From contig NC_087246.1 in assembly GCF_037042905.1 (NCBI RefSeq), positions 31,434,001-31,498,000 of the forward strand: a DNA stretch of 64,000 nt, read 5' to 3'. This DNA comes from Lytechinus pictus. Taxonomy: Eukaryota. Both the position numbers and the translations under genes were made by a program. The notes under the pieces are model-generated. The model was not told where the DNA came from. It did not search any database and saw nothing but the letters and a program-made list of their open reading frames with translations. Positions 1 to 12,344 of this stretch are shown in pieces. Every line of letters begins with the position of its first letter. Positions within the stretch are counted from its first letter, which is position 1.

Positions 1-27
1 AATCCCCTTGAAGTTTATGTTTCTTCA

Positions 28-62
28 GTATAACCATGGACCTATTAGGTCCATGGTATAAC
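28..62. mobile_element. P-superfamily-like excision footprint / micro-insertion 1
   Basis: GTATAAC [CATGGACCTATTAGGTCCATG, 35-55] GTATAAC: 21-bp palindrome between perfect 7-bp direct repeats. Confidence 0.75.
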
Positions 63-939
63 ATCAAAACACTTTGAAAAATTTCTGAGCCTATTACATT
101 TTACTAATGTATTTATCAAATTGCAATTTTGGTATTTTCCCCCATATTGGTCTCAACTTTGCTGCGACCTATAATTCATTTGTTAGCAGCATGTTTTGTT
201 GTGCTTGATCTTTGATATTTGGGAGTGAAATTTATGGAAAAAACGTGTTTAAATGTGGCTTTATATGCCTCCCCCTCCCTCTCATCCAGAATGCTAAGCA
301 AAATGTAGCCAGATATATTATATATGTGAATGTATAGAATGTTCACTAATGTACTTACATTTTCAAAAAATATTTTGATGTTCTTGGTTTTTGTCTCCTC
401 TTTAGTCTCTCTGACCTCCCTCAGTCCATCCTTTATTATTTATGAAATAGATAGAACTCCATGCAAATTGAATCCCATAATTACTGATGCCATTCAATCA
501 TTAAGCCAAAAATTATATTTACTGTACATGTTATGTTTTTTTATAGTTTGTATTGATATTGTAAATTGACCCATTCAGCCCTGCTGCTGGTCAATATTTG
601 TGCATAAATATACCAATGAATAAAACAAATAATAAATAAAAACACAGTTGTTCAAATCTAAACTGTAAAGTTGTTTATGTTTTTTTTGCAAATAAAAAGA
701 AAAAAACATCAAGATTATGCTGGTACTTATTGTATTTGTTACCCTTTGGTATTGTGTTACAAGCCCTCTGAATATTTTTCAAAGAAACTAAAATATATCT
801 TCACTGAAGAAAAATATAAATAAATAAATAAAGGGCCAGAAAGAGGTTTCAAGAAAAACACTTCTCTTTTCCTGACCTGAACAAACGGGATTTTACAGAG
901 GAAAGATAATAAAACAAATATGGAGAGAACTTTGAAGTG

Positions 940-1110
940 TCAATTGCCCAATGGTCTACCACCATTTTGTGTCCTTTCCATGTGGTCTAATCCCACATGG
1001 GCTAATCCTAGAACCAGTTTGTTTACTGTTTGGTCCAATTGTCATTTAGCCCATATTTCCAGTTACACTATAGGCCTACCAGTTTCATCTAATATTCACT
1101 TGGTCTAATA
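940..1110. repeat. Decayed copy of the foldback-like repeat at 4978-5337
   Basis: Same short motifs (CAATTGCC, TGGTCTA, TTGGTCCAAT, GTCTAATACC) in similar order. Confidence 0.4.
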
Positions 1111-1805
1111 CCAATCAATTCATATTGAATTCCATTTGCATTTATTTCATTCTTGGTTGAAAATATACATGATTCAAAATATGATTATTAACAAGCAAAA
1201 GCAAAATGAAAATGAAATGGAAAACGGCAAAAAAAAATCCAAGAGGCCTTGTACAAGCACAGTTCCCAAAACATAGATAATGAAGCCCTGCTCTTAAAAT
1301 ATGTTTCATTTTTAAGGGAAATGACATTACCTCAATTTTAATCTTAATGAAATGAAATGAGGCAATAAAAATCAATGTAGAAGTGTGCGATATAATGTTG
1401 AATCATTAAAAGATATATAAACATGTGTTTGTGCAGAAAAGATGAGCAACGGGCTCTTGGCTGCCAGTTTGCTAAATAACCTGGAAGTAACCTTTTACTA
1501 TCATAAAATTTAAGATTTCTTATCATAATATTGACATAATTCCTTCTCTCTTTGACCTCTAAATTGATCTATTCAAACAAAACTACTCCTGGTCAGAGAG
1601 GGCGTGGGACTAAACAAAAGGAGACATATAATATTTAATTGTTCAATCATAAAAGAGGGGCGAACATGGACAATAGTTAACCGGAAAGAAGACAAGAATT
1701 AAATTTGGCATTTCTATTTTTGTATTGTGTTAACTAGATAGTGGAGGACAATGGCTCAGGAAGTAGATTTCTATCGGCCAACACACTTGCGGTTGATGCA
1801 TCCAG

Positions 1806-2536
1806 GGGTGCGTTTATCCGCCACTTTTTTACCCTATAATCATGATTCCAATCATGATTCAAATCACGATTCTGCAGAATCACGATTGCGTTTAGTCGAA
1901 ATTGAATATAATCATGATTAGAATCACAAACATGAAACACGAAAAAAGGGGCGTTTGGAAAGACGTTTCTGCAGAATCACGTACGAAAATGTTCGAATAA
2001 ACGATATCGTGATTTGAATCATGATTATATGACGTCATTGTGTCGAGCTATTTCCGGTTCTTGCCAAGGCGCGCGCCCCACGTTGTCATATCACATGTAC
2101 GTTGCCGACCTCCAATTAAGTGTCCAACGTTATCGAAATAATAGAGCTAGCTTTATTCGAATTCATATCATCATTCATCACCATCATCATCGTCATCCAG
2201 TACTATCATTCTCCTGCTCATCATCACCATGTCCTCAACTTCCAATTCATATAAAGGATCAAATTGGACGGACGAGGAACTGAGGGCTCTGCTTGTGCTA
2301 TGGGCTCGCGATGCTACATTTAGAAAACGCGCGTATAAGTTGACCTATACTTCCTGGGTCAAACTGCGCACTGTGATGCGCACTGGATCGGTCCGAATCC
2401 GAGGAGAAACAGCGTTGGAACCAAGGTCGTCTAAACCCTGATTCTGTAGTAATTGTGATTCATGTTTGTGATTTGAATCATGATTCCAATCATGATTCAA
2501 ATCATGATTCTGGCTTGAGGTCGGATAAACGCAGCC
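1806..2536 (+). mobile_element. Internally deleted PIF/Harbinger transposon retaining the start of the Myb/SANT ORF
   Basis: TIRs GGGTGCGTTTATCCG / CGGATAAACGCAGCC; 3-bp TSD CAG (1803-1805, 2537-2539); clustered subterminal palindromes AATCATGATT at both ends; internal ORF begins MSSTSNSYKGSNWTDEELRALLVLW. Confidence 0.85.
2229..2330 (+). pseudogene. Truncated Myb/SANT (trihelix-type) DNA-binding gene of a Harbinger element
   Basis: NWTDEELRALLVLW matches the WTxEExxxLLxLW first helix of Myb/SANT-like domains; lies inside Harbinger TIRs; rest of the domain is missing. Confidence 0.7.
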
Positions 2537-2619
2537 CAGGTTTCAGACTATCCTCGACCAGTTTTTCCTGATCTTATCTCTTGTCCTACCAGCAGTCCAA
2601 CCACACCTGTCTATGCGGG

Positions 2620-2660
2620 CTTGGACCATGGACCTATCACAAATAGGTCCATGCTTGGAC
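2620..2660. mobile_element. P-superfamily-like excision footprint / micro-insertion 2
   Basis: CTTGGAC [CATGGACCTATCACAAATAGGTCCATG, 2627-2653] CTTGGAC. Confidence 0.75.
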
Positions 2661-3194
2661 ACAGACTCTTGAAATTCTCCTCCCCTTGGATAATGATGTG
2701 AACAAACATTATTTGGCAGATAGTTCCCCAAAGGAAAATGAAAAAATAACATTTACAGGGAAACTACACCTATAAAACATCAATTAGAATACCATCATGA
2801 ATTTACTTGCAGGTGATTTAGCATGGATTCACAACGTCAAATTAATTCATTTGTTTTAATCTACCAAAGTATTTCAACTTTGGTAGATTAAAATTAATAA
2901 TAAAGCAGCTCTCCATTGCATGGCCATGGAAGGAAAGCCTACTTATAAATCATGGAGAATTCAAACCATAATGCTTTTACACGAATAGAGAAAAGTTGAA
3001 ATATTTAACATTTCATAACATCAATATAACAGAATCAGTGAGTAAGGCATCTTCACCTACCTCATATGTGCACATCACTGTTTTGTGAAAGGTAGCAAAA
3101 GTTTTAAAATCTCAAAACTTCCTACTTTTAAACCCAATTTCGATGAAATTTGTAAATGTAATGCTTGAGTACTTTCTATTTCTACTATACATAT

Positions 3195-3695
3195 ATGCTT
3201 TTCACACTGCACTTTTTTTCCTTAACCCCAGGAAATTGGTGGGGCTAAGGGGGGGGTCTTAGCCCCACCAATTCCAGGGTTAAGCTTAGACCACTTCGTT
3301 TTCACACTACGTTTTAGCAAAGTGGGCTAGCACGGTAGATAGTACGGTACTATCTGGCCCTGCAAAAAAGCAGAGTTAGCCGGCTTATTGTGGTGCTAGC
3401 ACCACAATTGCGGTGCTAAGAGATGCAGTGTGAAACGAAACAGGGCTAAGCAATAGTGGGGCTAAGCATTAGCCAATCACAGAAGTCGAAATTGCACGTT
3501 AATCGCGCTCTGTATGGTAAAATCATCAATATTTATGAGCTGTGTGATTGCCCGGGGTTAAGGCGTTAACCCCGGCTAAGCAAATAGTACGGGGTTAAGA
3601 AAGACAGTGTGAATCGAATAAAAGATAGTATGGGGTTAAGGATAGTCCGGGGTTAAGGATAGTATGGGGTTAAGGAAATGCAGTGTGAAAAGCAT
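3195..3695. mobile_element. ~500-bp MITE (Harbinger-like), copy 1
   Basis: TIR ATGCTTTTCACACTGCA / TGCAGTGTGAAAAGCAT; internal GGGGTTAAG/GGGCTAAG motif arrays; second copy at 19014-19528. Confidence 0.85.
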
Positions 3696-3911
3696 AATAT
3701 AGGCCTACATTGAACCAGGGATGCCCTGGGATGCTGAACATTTTCACAAGGCACATTCTCACAATGCAGATTTGCTATTGCATGCTGGAGTAACCTTCAG
3801 GTGCATTCACACCTACTCGATCATAGAAAATAATTTATATTTTCTGATGAGGAAATTTATCCAGATTAGATTATACCAGGTATTTTGCCAGTGTGACAAA
3901 ACAATTAATCG

Positions 3912-4440
3912 AATCGTTGGCGGTCATCCGAACCATCCTATCAGTCAATTTTGGTCCCCAAAAAAAAAATTAATTTTGAGATTTTTGCAGAAAATGAAAG
4001 TACAAGTCCTACTCTATTCATAACTAAATTTTTAGGCAGCAATTTATTTTATATTTTGAGATATGAGAGGATTTTCACATCGATGCCATAAATTTTTTTA
4101 ATGAAATGCGCAAACCCATTGGAAACGTGTACTGTTACAGAGCGATACAACATTTTGACTGACCACAATTTCAATGCACGCGGTCAACCAAACCGTTGTA
4201 TCAGCGTACTGCATTGACTTTGCACGTAAAAAGCGATACACCGTTTTGACTGATCGCACGCATTGAAATCGCGATCAGTCAAAACGTCGTATTGCGTTTT
4301 CCCTATGGCGCTTTTGTACAGGGAAAATCTAAGTCGCTCAAATCGAACTTACAAGAATGTAGCTCTTTTGTCATATTTTCTTGGATCCTTACTTTTGTGT
4401 AAAAATAAAGATACCAATGTCAAGCAATTTTCTTGGTTGT
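3912..4440 (-). mobile_element. Truncated, inverted relative of the MITE at 26668-27272
   Basis: GCGGTCATCCGAACC..TATCAGTCAATTTTGGTCC and TTTTGTGTAAAAATAAAGATACCAATGTCAAGCAATT are reverse-complement matches to 27220-27270 and 26835-26872. Confidence 0.7.
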
Positions 4441-4977
4441 GTAGGCTTGTCATTGGTATCTGATGAAGGATTCTTTGGTTGGTGCAAAACTACAACAACT
4501 TTACCCAGTCCAGGTAGATGTATAGAAATACAATAATTAGATATTTGAGGCCTGACAAAGGTTTTGTAATCTATGGGTATAGACCAGATCATAGTTACTT
4601 CATGTACAATTTTCATCAAATGACCTTTCATTTGACCAAAATTTCAGATTTTAAAGCAAGATACTACGTAAGCACGCCTTACATAGCGGGATGAAGAAAT
4701 TGAATAGACCAGGTGACTAGAATAGCACACCAATGAACACTCTATGGAAGTATTTGTTGCACTTCCTCTTCGAATGCTTGGCAAACTGTGAAATACCAGT
4801 CGTTCATGGATGCATCATTGTTTTTTTGTGGATGTAAATTAAAAACACAATTCGAAAGAATTAATGAATAATCAGGACATCAAAGCTGGTGCTTAATTTT
4901 GCTTATCTCATCAAATTTTAAACCACCATGTCACTTTAGTACCATTGAACTTCCTCTGATCATGCGCAGAGTGGAAC

Positions 4978-5337
4978 GGTAAATTGCCAATTCGTCCACT
5001 GCCAACTCGTCCACTCACCACATGGTCTACCTTCATTTAGTCTAATGCCATTCCGTCCATCAACATTTCGTCTAACAACCAGTTGGTCCAATAACTATTT
5101 GGTCCAATCATCACTTCGTCTAATCACCATTTCGTCTATTACCATTTTGTCTAATAACCAGTTGGTCTAATACCCATTTTCTTTTCAATCATTCTGCACA
5201 TTTAACACTTCAGACCAAGTGGTATATGGACTAAATGGCTATTGGACCAACTAGTTATTAAGACAATTGCATTAGACTAAATGAAAGTAGACGAACTGAT
5301 GATAGACCAAATGGTACTAGATGAGTTGGCAACTCGC
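4978..5337. repeat. Foldback-like non-autonomous element made of ~20-bp sub-repeats
   Basis: Left arm repeats (TTGGTCCAAT, TCGTCTAA, ACCA) mirrored by right arm (ATTGGACCAA, TTAGAC); ends TTGCCAATTCGTC / GATGAGTTGGCAA. Confidence 0.6.
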
Positions 5338-5827
5338 GTAAATATGAACTGGCTTATTTTTTTGTTGGAGTTGGTATAAAAGTACCCCAAGGGACATCCC
5401 TCCTCATCCTCACATCCTCTCTTTCCTCCTATTCCAATCTTTACCTGGTGATTTACCATTCCCAAGTTCATGGCTACACCTGTTGTCGTGGCGACGGATG
5501 CTGCCAGCGATACACTGGCAAGCAAACAGTCCTAAAATCCTTTTCTAAACCCCAACCAGTCAACACTACCACAACAATGTCATGTTTCCTAACTAGGACC
5601 TGGGAGAAATGCATGATATTTCCCTAAAGAATGCTCTTCATCGTAAAGATGGATAGATGGAGGGACAGAAATAGAAAGAAATTTGAAAGAAATATGGTGA
5701 AATGAAATACAAAGGAAAGGGGGGGGGGGCAATAAACATTTTGAATTTACATGGCCCTAAAACTGGTCAAAATGGTCAAATGATGATATATGTATGTTAT
5801 TTAGTGCTTCAAACCTGTAATTACCAT

Positions 5828-6110
5828 TAATAATAATAATAATAGGCATTTATATTGCGCCATCTATCTAGAAATAATCTATTCTGAGGTGCATTGTTAT
5901 TATTATTACACCGGCTTTGGCTCAAGCTACCATCACCTGCGCTCAGTGCATGCAAGGAATTAATCTTGTCAGGTACCCATTCACCTCACCTGGATTGAGC
6001 GCTGCAAAATAAGGGTAAATTTCTTGCTGAAGGAATTCATGCTATGGCTGGGATTCAAACCCACATCCCTCTGATTGAAAGACGAGAGTCATAACCACTA
6101 GACCACTCCC
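5828..6110 (-). mobile_element. tRNA-derived SINE with (ATT)n tail
   Basis: Minus strand A box GTGGTCTAGTGG, B box GGTTTGAATCCC, core CCAGGTGAGGTGAATGGGTACC, tail read as (TAA)n on +; homologous to 23670-23955. Confidence 0.85.
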
Positions 6111-6189
6111 CCCCCCATTACTCTGGTTGTTGCATTCGCTGTTCCAAAGATAAAACTGTTACATCTCCACTCCCTGGGGAACATTCTAG

Positions 6190-6360
6190 CACACAAGCCA
6201 ATCACATCACACCGACATTCACATCCCACTGGGTAGGCCGGCCCCACTTAACTCCTGGGTAGAGAGTGGCAAATGTGGATTAGTGTCTTATCACATTAAT
6301 TCCAGGTGGGATTTGAACCCCAACCCTTTAATTGACTGAAATGCTACATCAAGACACCTC
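6190..6360 (-). mobile_element. Decayed SINE fragment of a related family
   Basis: B-box-like GGGTTCAAATCCC on minus strand followed by CCACATTTGCCACTCTCTACCCAGG core. Confidence 0.5.
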
Positions 6361-6409
6361 CACATATATTCAAATTTTGCCAAGTTTCAATAACATGCCT
6401 TTATGGATC

Positions 6410-6795
6410 TTAAAGGTATTGCTTAACTTTGTGAGCAGCCGATTTAAAAAATTATCAAACCAAGATGAAACATGTGTACAAGTGCATGTATTAGAACTAA
6501 TAAACCCTGAAAACAACCATTATTGGGAATGCAAAGCTAAAACTACAAGGCAAACCCCGCGTTTGTAAATAGGCGTCTTATAGACGCCTAAATAGTACAC
6601 ATAAGTGTATGGGATGAAATTAAGATGGTGTTTTCAGTCACTTTATATTTCAATTTTTGAAGCACTAAATAGTTATTTTCGAACGCAATTTTTTCTGGGC
6701 TTCATTTTTGTAACATATCACAGACACAGGTGACAAGTGTGACCTTCTAGCTCAGATTTTTTAAAAGTCAAACCAATGTTAACCAATCACTTTAA
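6410..6795. mobile_element. TTAA-flanked MITE (Kolobok-like)
   Basis: TTAA|AGGTATTGCTTAAC ... GTTAACCAATCACT|TTAA. Confidence 0.75.
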
Positions 6796-8361
6796 TTGGA
6801 ATGCATGATGAGACAGGACTCTAGTACGTGACATAGTAAGTGCGATCATTGAAACATGCAGTCATATTTAAATTGTCTCATGATTTGCTAATTACTGCTT
6901 TCTCACTAGCACCATGGTCACTCTAGCTCTTTCACCCCATACTGGCACCCAAAATCATTGCAAAAGTACAGAAATCAAATTCATATATGATTTCTTGTGA
7001 TAATTGTATGACTGAATAAAAATACTTAAATTGCTCAAAACTATGATAAAGATTGTGATGACTGTCACATTGTTCCAATGATAATGCTACTTCTGTATAC
7101 ACCAGACTTCTGAGAAAGTGTGTTGACGCAATGTCATGGAAGAACCAAAATAAAGGCATGTATTCATCTCAAAAATTTAAAAAGGTCTGATGGTCAAGAC
7201 TACTAGTCCAACTTGATCTTATCATCAATCACTGTGAGCCTAGGAATGTGCTAAATAAACAGTGCAATCATGCATTCATTCATACTGCTAAAACCTGTCA
7301 TTAGTCAAACTCCTGGCTGCAAGCTTACATGTATACATGCCTCGATCAGCTATAACAAGCTACTCAGATGACCCAAACTATACAATATTTACACCAGAAC
7401 CATACCGTAAAATAATATCTTGCACTGCATGCAAGAATCACAATATTTTTTCTGATTTGTGTAATTTCCCCCCCCCCCCCCAATTTGTTCAATAAATATT
7501 GAAGAATGAAATAAAACATGTTCCAGAAGAAGGTCAAGCAACAGTTTTTACCTTGGAATTAAAAATGTTATTATACAGTGTGACCCAGAACTACTGTAAC
7601 GAAAACCGAACTGTGGTTGCAAATTATGAAACATAATTTATCATATAAAATATAGGCCTATGTGAATATAGCCAGGGGATTTTAGTGAGAATTTCCTGAC
7701 AATAGCAAAGTTTTGGCAGGCGGAACTTCCATATAAATTAGGCCTATACTGGAGTGTCATTTTATATCCAAATGTTCCAAAACTACTATTGAATCTTTTT
7801 TCATCAGTTGACCTTTTTGTAAAACCTATACATTTACTTTTTGAAAATATCTTAGCAATTTTTCCTTTATCTTTTCATTTTTTAGTTTGGGCTTTACTAT
7901 AAAAAATGAAAATCTAGCAAAAACTTACTGGATTGGACAAAGGCTCTGTTCCCTGTTCCTCTGTGCTACAGCTAGACTTGTTATGCATCCCCTGAAGAGG
8001 AAAGACGGTCAATTATTACACAATAGTCAATGAGTTCATAATAATCAATGATCGAAAAATAATTGGGGTTCAGAATCATAATTGAAATGTTAACCAATCA
8101 ATTTCAATGACATGAAAGTTAGATATCATCCAATATGAGGTGTACGTCATGAAAACCAACAACAAAATAATGCATACAAAATTGATAGATTAGCCCTCAC
8201 ATCACAAACTTTGATAACTGCTTTTCAAATATGAAATGAGTGAAATTAAAATATGTGTTGATTCTAATTATGTGGCTTGTACCTGCTTTTTATTGAATAA
8301 TACTTTTTTTGATGAGGAAGGGGGGTCATGTAAAAGAGTCTGGCTATACAGAAAAGGTATA

Positions 8362-8764
8362 TTAAAGCTAAATGATAGTAGTTGCAGTAAAACACTAATT
8401 TCGTGAGAAAGTCTATAAAACCAAGGTTAAGTAAGACTATATCATCGTGGATCTAGATCTGGAACAGTTACATAAACTGAACTTTGTGAAATCATAAAAT
8501 CTAAGCTGAAATACGATCACACTTAAAATCGCCAACACAGATAGGCACACGTGGGACAGTGTATTATTATTGCTGGAATAAAGACCCGACGGAAGTGACC
8601 GAATCCGCGCTTATTTTGCTTATTTCTCAGCAATTACACAATTTCTTCCAGAATCCTTTGGCACATATTTTTTATTCATACAAACAGACACTTGGGTGGT
8701 CATTGTATTAGATTCTGTAAAAAGTCATTTTGAGATCGTTACCAGAACTGGAATTTATCTTTAA
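8362..8764 (+). mobile_element. ~400-bp TTAA-flanked MITE (Kolobok-like), family K copy 1
   Basis: TTAA|AGCTAAAT ... ATTTATCT|TTAA; near-identical to 46308-46710, more diverged from 34199-34599. Confidence 0.85.
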
Positions 8765-9147
8765 AGACAACACAAATTACTGCACACCCTGCTCGACCAC
8801 GGCTCTGTAAAATTATATGAATTATTGTCAGGAGAGGTGTGACGGGGGGTCTAGTCAAAAGATGAAATATAATTAATAGCACTTGATACACCCAAATCAA
8901 AACTTATTGACAATCTGGCAATCTGGATCATATACTGTACATCTCTAAGAATGACTCTTGTAACTTTCCCAAAGTGATATTTTATAGTGTTATCCCTAAT
9001 GCATGGGATCAATTTCACTTTCAAACAGGCATTAGTCAGGAAATGTAACACTTCTGCCATATTCTTTGTTTTTTGGTTAAAAACTGTATTGTTTGCCAAA
9101 AAGTTTTAATATTTAAAAAGAAGACTTTAATTTTTGTATTGTATTAG

Positions 9148-9227
9148 TTAACCCATTGAGTACTGAATTCTGTAATTCCCACTGACTTTGTACAGGGGTT
9201 AACTGGTTCCAGGAAACAATGGGTTAA
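9148..9227. mobile_element. 72-bp piggyBac-type micro-MITE
   Basis: TTAA|CCCATTG ... CAATGGG|TTAA (CCC/GGG termini with TTAA TSD). Confidence 0.65.
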
Positions 9228-10069
9228 GCAGATTTATTCAAAGATCAATGAACGTCATATTTCTCCTACATATATACCATTTTGAAGGAATAGTTGAAGA
9301 AAAACTTGGTGGCAATTAAACTGTTTGAATTGAATTTACAACCAATGCAAAATGCACAGCACAGGAACGCTATAAGACTACATGTACATCACATTCTGAA
9401 TTGGTCCTAAATTTAAATCTGATTAGTGAGGTTTGAACGACTTGTTACAATAACACGGTGAATGGAGGGGGACAATCTTTAGCATAGTTTCCCTATACAA
9501 CTTCAGGATCAGCATAACAATGCACCCCTATACAATCTTTATTGTTATCCTCAATTACGCCCGATTCTTTGCTCCTCTACCGAGCCTGATTGAAAGGTTG
9601 ACCACCGTCACTTGGTGTGCTTCCAAGCCTTCTAAACTTATTTGGAACAAACAATTTTTTTATGCTCCATCTGAAACAGTCAATAATGGAATGCAATTGC
9701 TGATGTAAACATTTGAATATGTGTACGATTTCACTTGGAAATTGACATCTGAAGACATTTTTAGGCATATATATACAACTTTTGAAAACTTGAATGCATT
9801 AATCTACAGAAAAAGAATATGGGCTTTATTCACTAAGACATTAGAGGTTCCAACATGAATAGACAGCACAATAATTATGTGCATGGAGAATATTTTCTGT
9901 GTTTATGTATCCAATATCCATGATAAGCAGCAAAAATACAGTTTGCAAGGTACTTGTATAAAGTGTGCAAAGAAAATACACCAGATAAAAGAATATGCAA
10001 AGGACACTTCTTGTATTAGTACTCTCAAGTTCAATTCAGATGACTAAACATAGGTCTTGAATTAGACTA

Positions 10070-10200
10070 GGCGGCTCAACGGAGACGGCGAAATGGGGAG
10101 AGGAGGAGCAATTGAACCTGTCAATCAAATTGGCGCAACAATAGTCGCTAAAGTGACATACTAATGGAGGAATGCGAAAAAGCTGGTTGTTAAGTGTCCT
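10070..10200. promoter_or_regulatory. Candidate enhancer (PBX-MEIS/PKNOX and Sox sites)
   Basis: Non-repetitive CpG-containing island with exact TGATTGACAG (minus, 10118-10127) and AACAATAG (~10137). Confidence 0.35.
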
Positions 10201-10279
10201 GGGCAGTTTGTGCCTGTTGTACTCTTGGAGTGGTTAACAATAGAGGAGTAAGGAGACTGGTAGTCTTGAACAATCGAAT

Positions 10280-10706
10280 GGGGAAGGGGATGGGGGTGGG
10301 AGAGAGAGGGGGATGGGAGGGAGGGAAGGGGGTAGAGGGAGGGGGAGCAGAGAGAGGGGGAGGAAAGACAGAGAATGGAGAGGGCAGGAAGAGAAAGAGA
10401 AAAAAGGAGAGAATGGAGGATAGAGATGGGCTAAAGAGAAGATCAGGAAAGAGAAGAGAGGACGTGCAGAAGAGGGGAAGAAGGTTAAATGTAAGGGCAC
10501 ATGAAGGAATGAAGAGAGAGAGGAGGGTTAGGTTGTTATTGCTAAAGGAAGAAGAGAATGGTTTGATAAATGAAATTCAGGCCTATATCCTATTAAACTT
10601 TAGATGAGTTTGAAAGACAAACACAAAAACACAGCAAGAATAAAAGAAAATGAGGGGGTAGAATGTAGGCCAACAGATGGAATGAGAAGAAAGAACAGAG
10701 AACAAG
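10280..10706. repeat. Purine-rich (GA/GGA) low-complexity tract
   Basis: Strong G/A bias running into the gap. Confidence 0.8.
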
Positions 10707-10854
10707 NNNNNNNNNNNNNNNNNNNNNNNNNNNNNNNNNNNNNNNNNNNNNNNNNNNNNNNNNNNNNNNNNNNNNNNNNNNNNNNNNNNNNNNNNNNNNN
10801 NNNNNNNNNNNNNNNNNNNNNNNNNNNNNNNNNNNNNNNNNNNNNNNNNNNNNN
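10707..10854. other. Assembly gap (148 N)
   Basis: Run of N. Confidence 0.99.
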
Positions 10855-11146
10855 ACCACAAAAGGCATTGGTTTCCAACTGTGCTTAGTCACCTAAGAAT
10901 TGTTGTCCTGGAGCCCAACATGTTTACATGCTCTTTCTATAGAGTGTCAAGGAGATTAGGGAAGGCGCAGAAGGACAAATATTTTCAGGATTTTCCTCAC
11001 TTCCAAGAAGTTCCATTTCACAGCAAAGTGCAAGCAGCAAAAACACAGAACGTCTTCATATTCAAAAGGTGTATGTGGACCTGCTGGATCACAAACTTGT
11101 GTACCCAGAAATTATCAAAACTTCTTCAGGCTAAAAATAATCAAGA

Positions 11147-11186
11147 GTTAAATCATGGAGCTATTAACACAGCTCCATGGTTAAAT
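11147..11186. mobile_element. P-superfamily-like excision footprint / micro-insertion 3
   Basis: GTTAAAT [CATGGAGCTATTAACACAGCTCCATG, 11154-11179] GTTAAAT. Confidence 0.75.
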
Positions 11187-11748
11187 AAAACTTATTATCA
11201 ATAACCAATGCAAGATTTCCATGACAAAATAATACTTTCTTACCCCCGACCCCAAACACCCCCAATAATCTATAAGCCCAATTAATGTCAAGTACTTACT
11301 TTTCAAACAGTTGCGTAACTTTTCATTACTAATTTTTTTAAATGAAAATAGGGCCTAGTGATGACCCACGAAGCCCTTTTAATCGTAAACAACTTTATTC
11401 CACAAAGCGACAAACACATTTTAAAAACCTGAAGAAATTCCTAAAAATCACTTATCAATGATATTCTTTAGTAATTACAGTCAATTCAAAAGGAACATGA
11501 GTAAACTATGTAGCTCCTTACTTAAATCAGACTTTTTTGTAAAGAGTCATAGAGAGAGAGAAATCAAGGATAAAACATACATTTGCGATGCTAAAAATAC
11601 CATCATTGTGGAACTTTCTTGGATTCTGTAACCATTCGTTTTTAACTTATAACAATTTGAAAATTAACGTCTAAAATGGTTATCTTACAGAGAGGGAGAA
11701 CGAGTGAAGTAGCAATAACATAAGAAGCTCCTCTCGCATTCTCCACAG

Positions 11749-12344
11749 TTAAAGTGATTGTCCAGGATGAAGATATATTTTATATCTCAATAAATAGAGT
11801 AAAATTCACAGAGCAAAATGCTGAAAAATTGATCAAAATCGGATTACAAATAACAAAGTTATTTAATTTCAAATATTTGCATTATTCCGATGAAACAGTT
11901 ATAGCTATGTCTGTATGAATATTCATTAGGTGGGCTGATGATGTCATATCCCCACTTGTTCTTTTGTAGTTTATTATATGAAATTAGGTTTATTCAAAAT
12001 AATAGGATTGACAACTGATTAAGTGCATTTGTTATTGATTGCCCCACAATATATCTTATCATAATGGAGACACATCGCTTACACATGTATGTAAAAAAGT
12101 AACATTTATGATTTCATGTAATAACATAAGAAAAGGGAAAGTGGGGATGTGACATCATTAGCCCACCTCGTGAATATTCATGACGATGTGCATATAACTG
12201 TTTTCACAAAATATTGCTATACTTTAAAATCCAATAACTCTGTTATCTGTTATCCGATTTTGATGAAATTTCCAGCATTTTGCTGTGTGAATTTTACTCT
12301 ATTTATTTAGATATAAATATTTTCAGCCCGGACCACCCCTTTAA
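11749..12344. mobile_element. TTAA-flanked long-TIR palindromic MITE (Kolobok-like)
   Basis: TTAA|AG ... CT|TTAA; arms complementary over ~200 bp (e.g. AAATAGAGTAAAATTCACAG / GTGAATTTTACTCTATTT; GATGTCATATCCCCACTT / AAGTGGGGATGTGACATC). Decayed relatives near 2975-3185, 19650-19830, 46710-47065 and 49970-50795. Confidence 0.8.

Noticed and set aside
10194-10892. ORFs of 88-137 aa around the gap
   Set aside because: Produced by purine-rich low complexity and N runs
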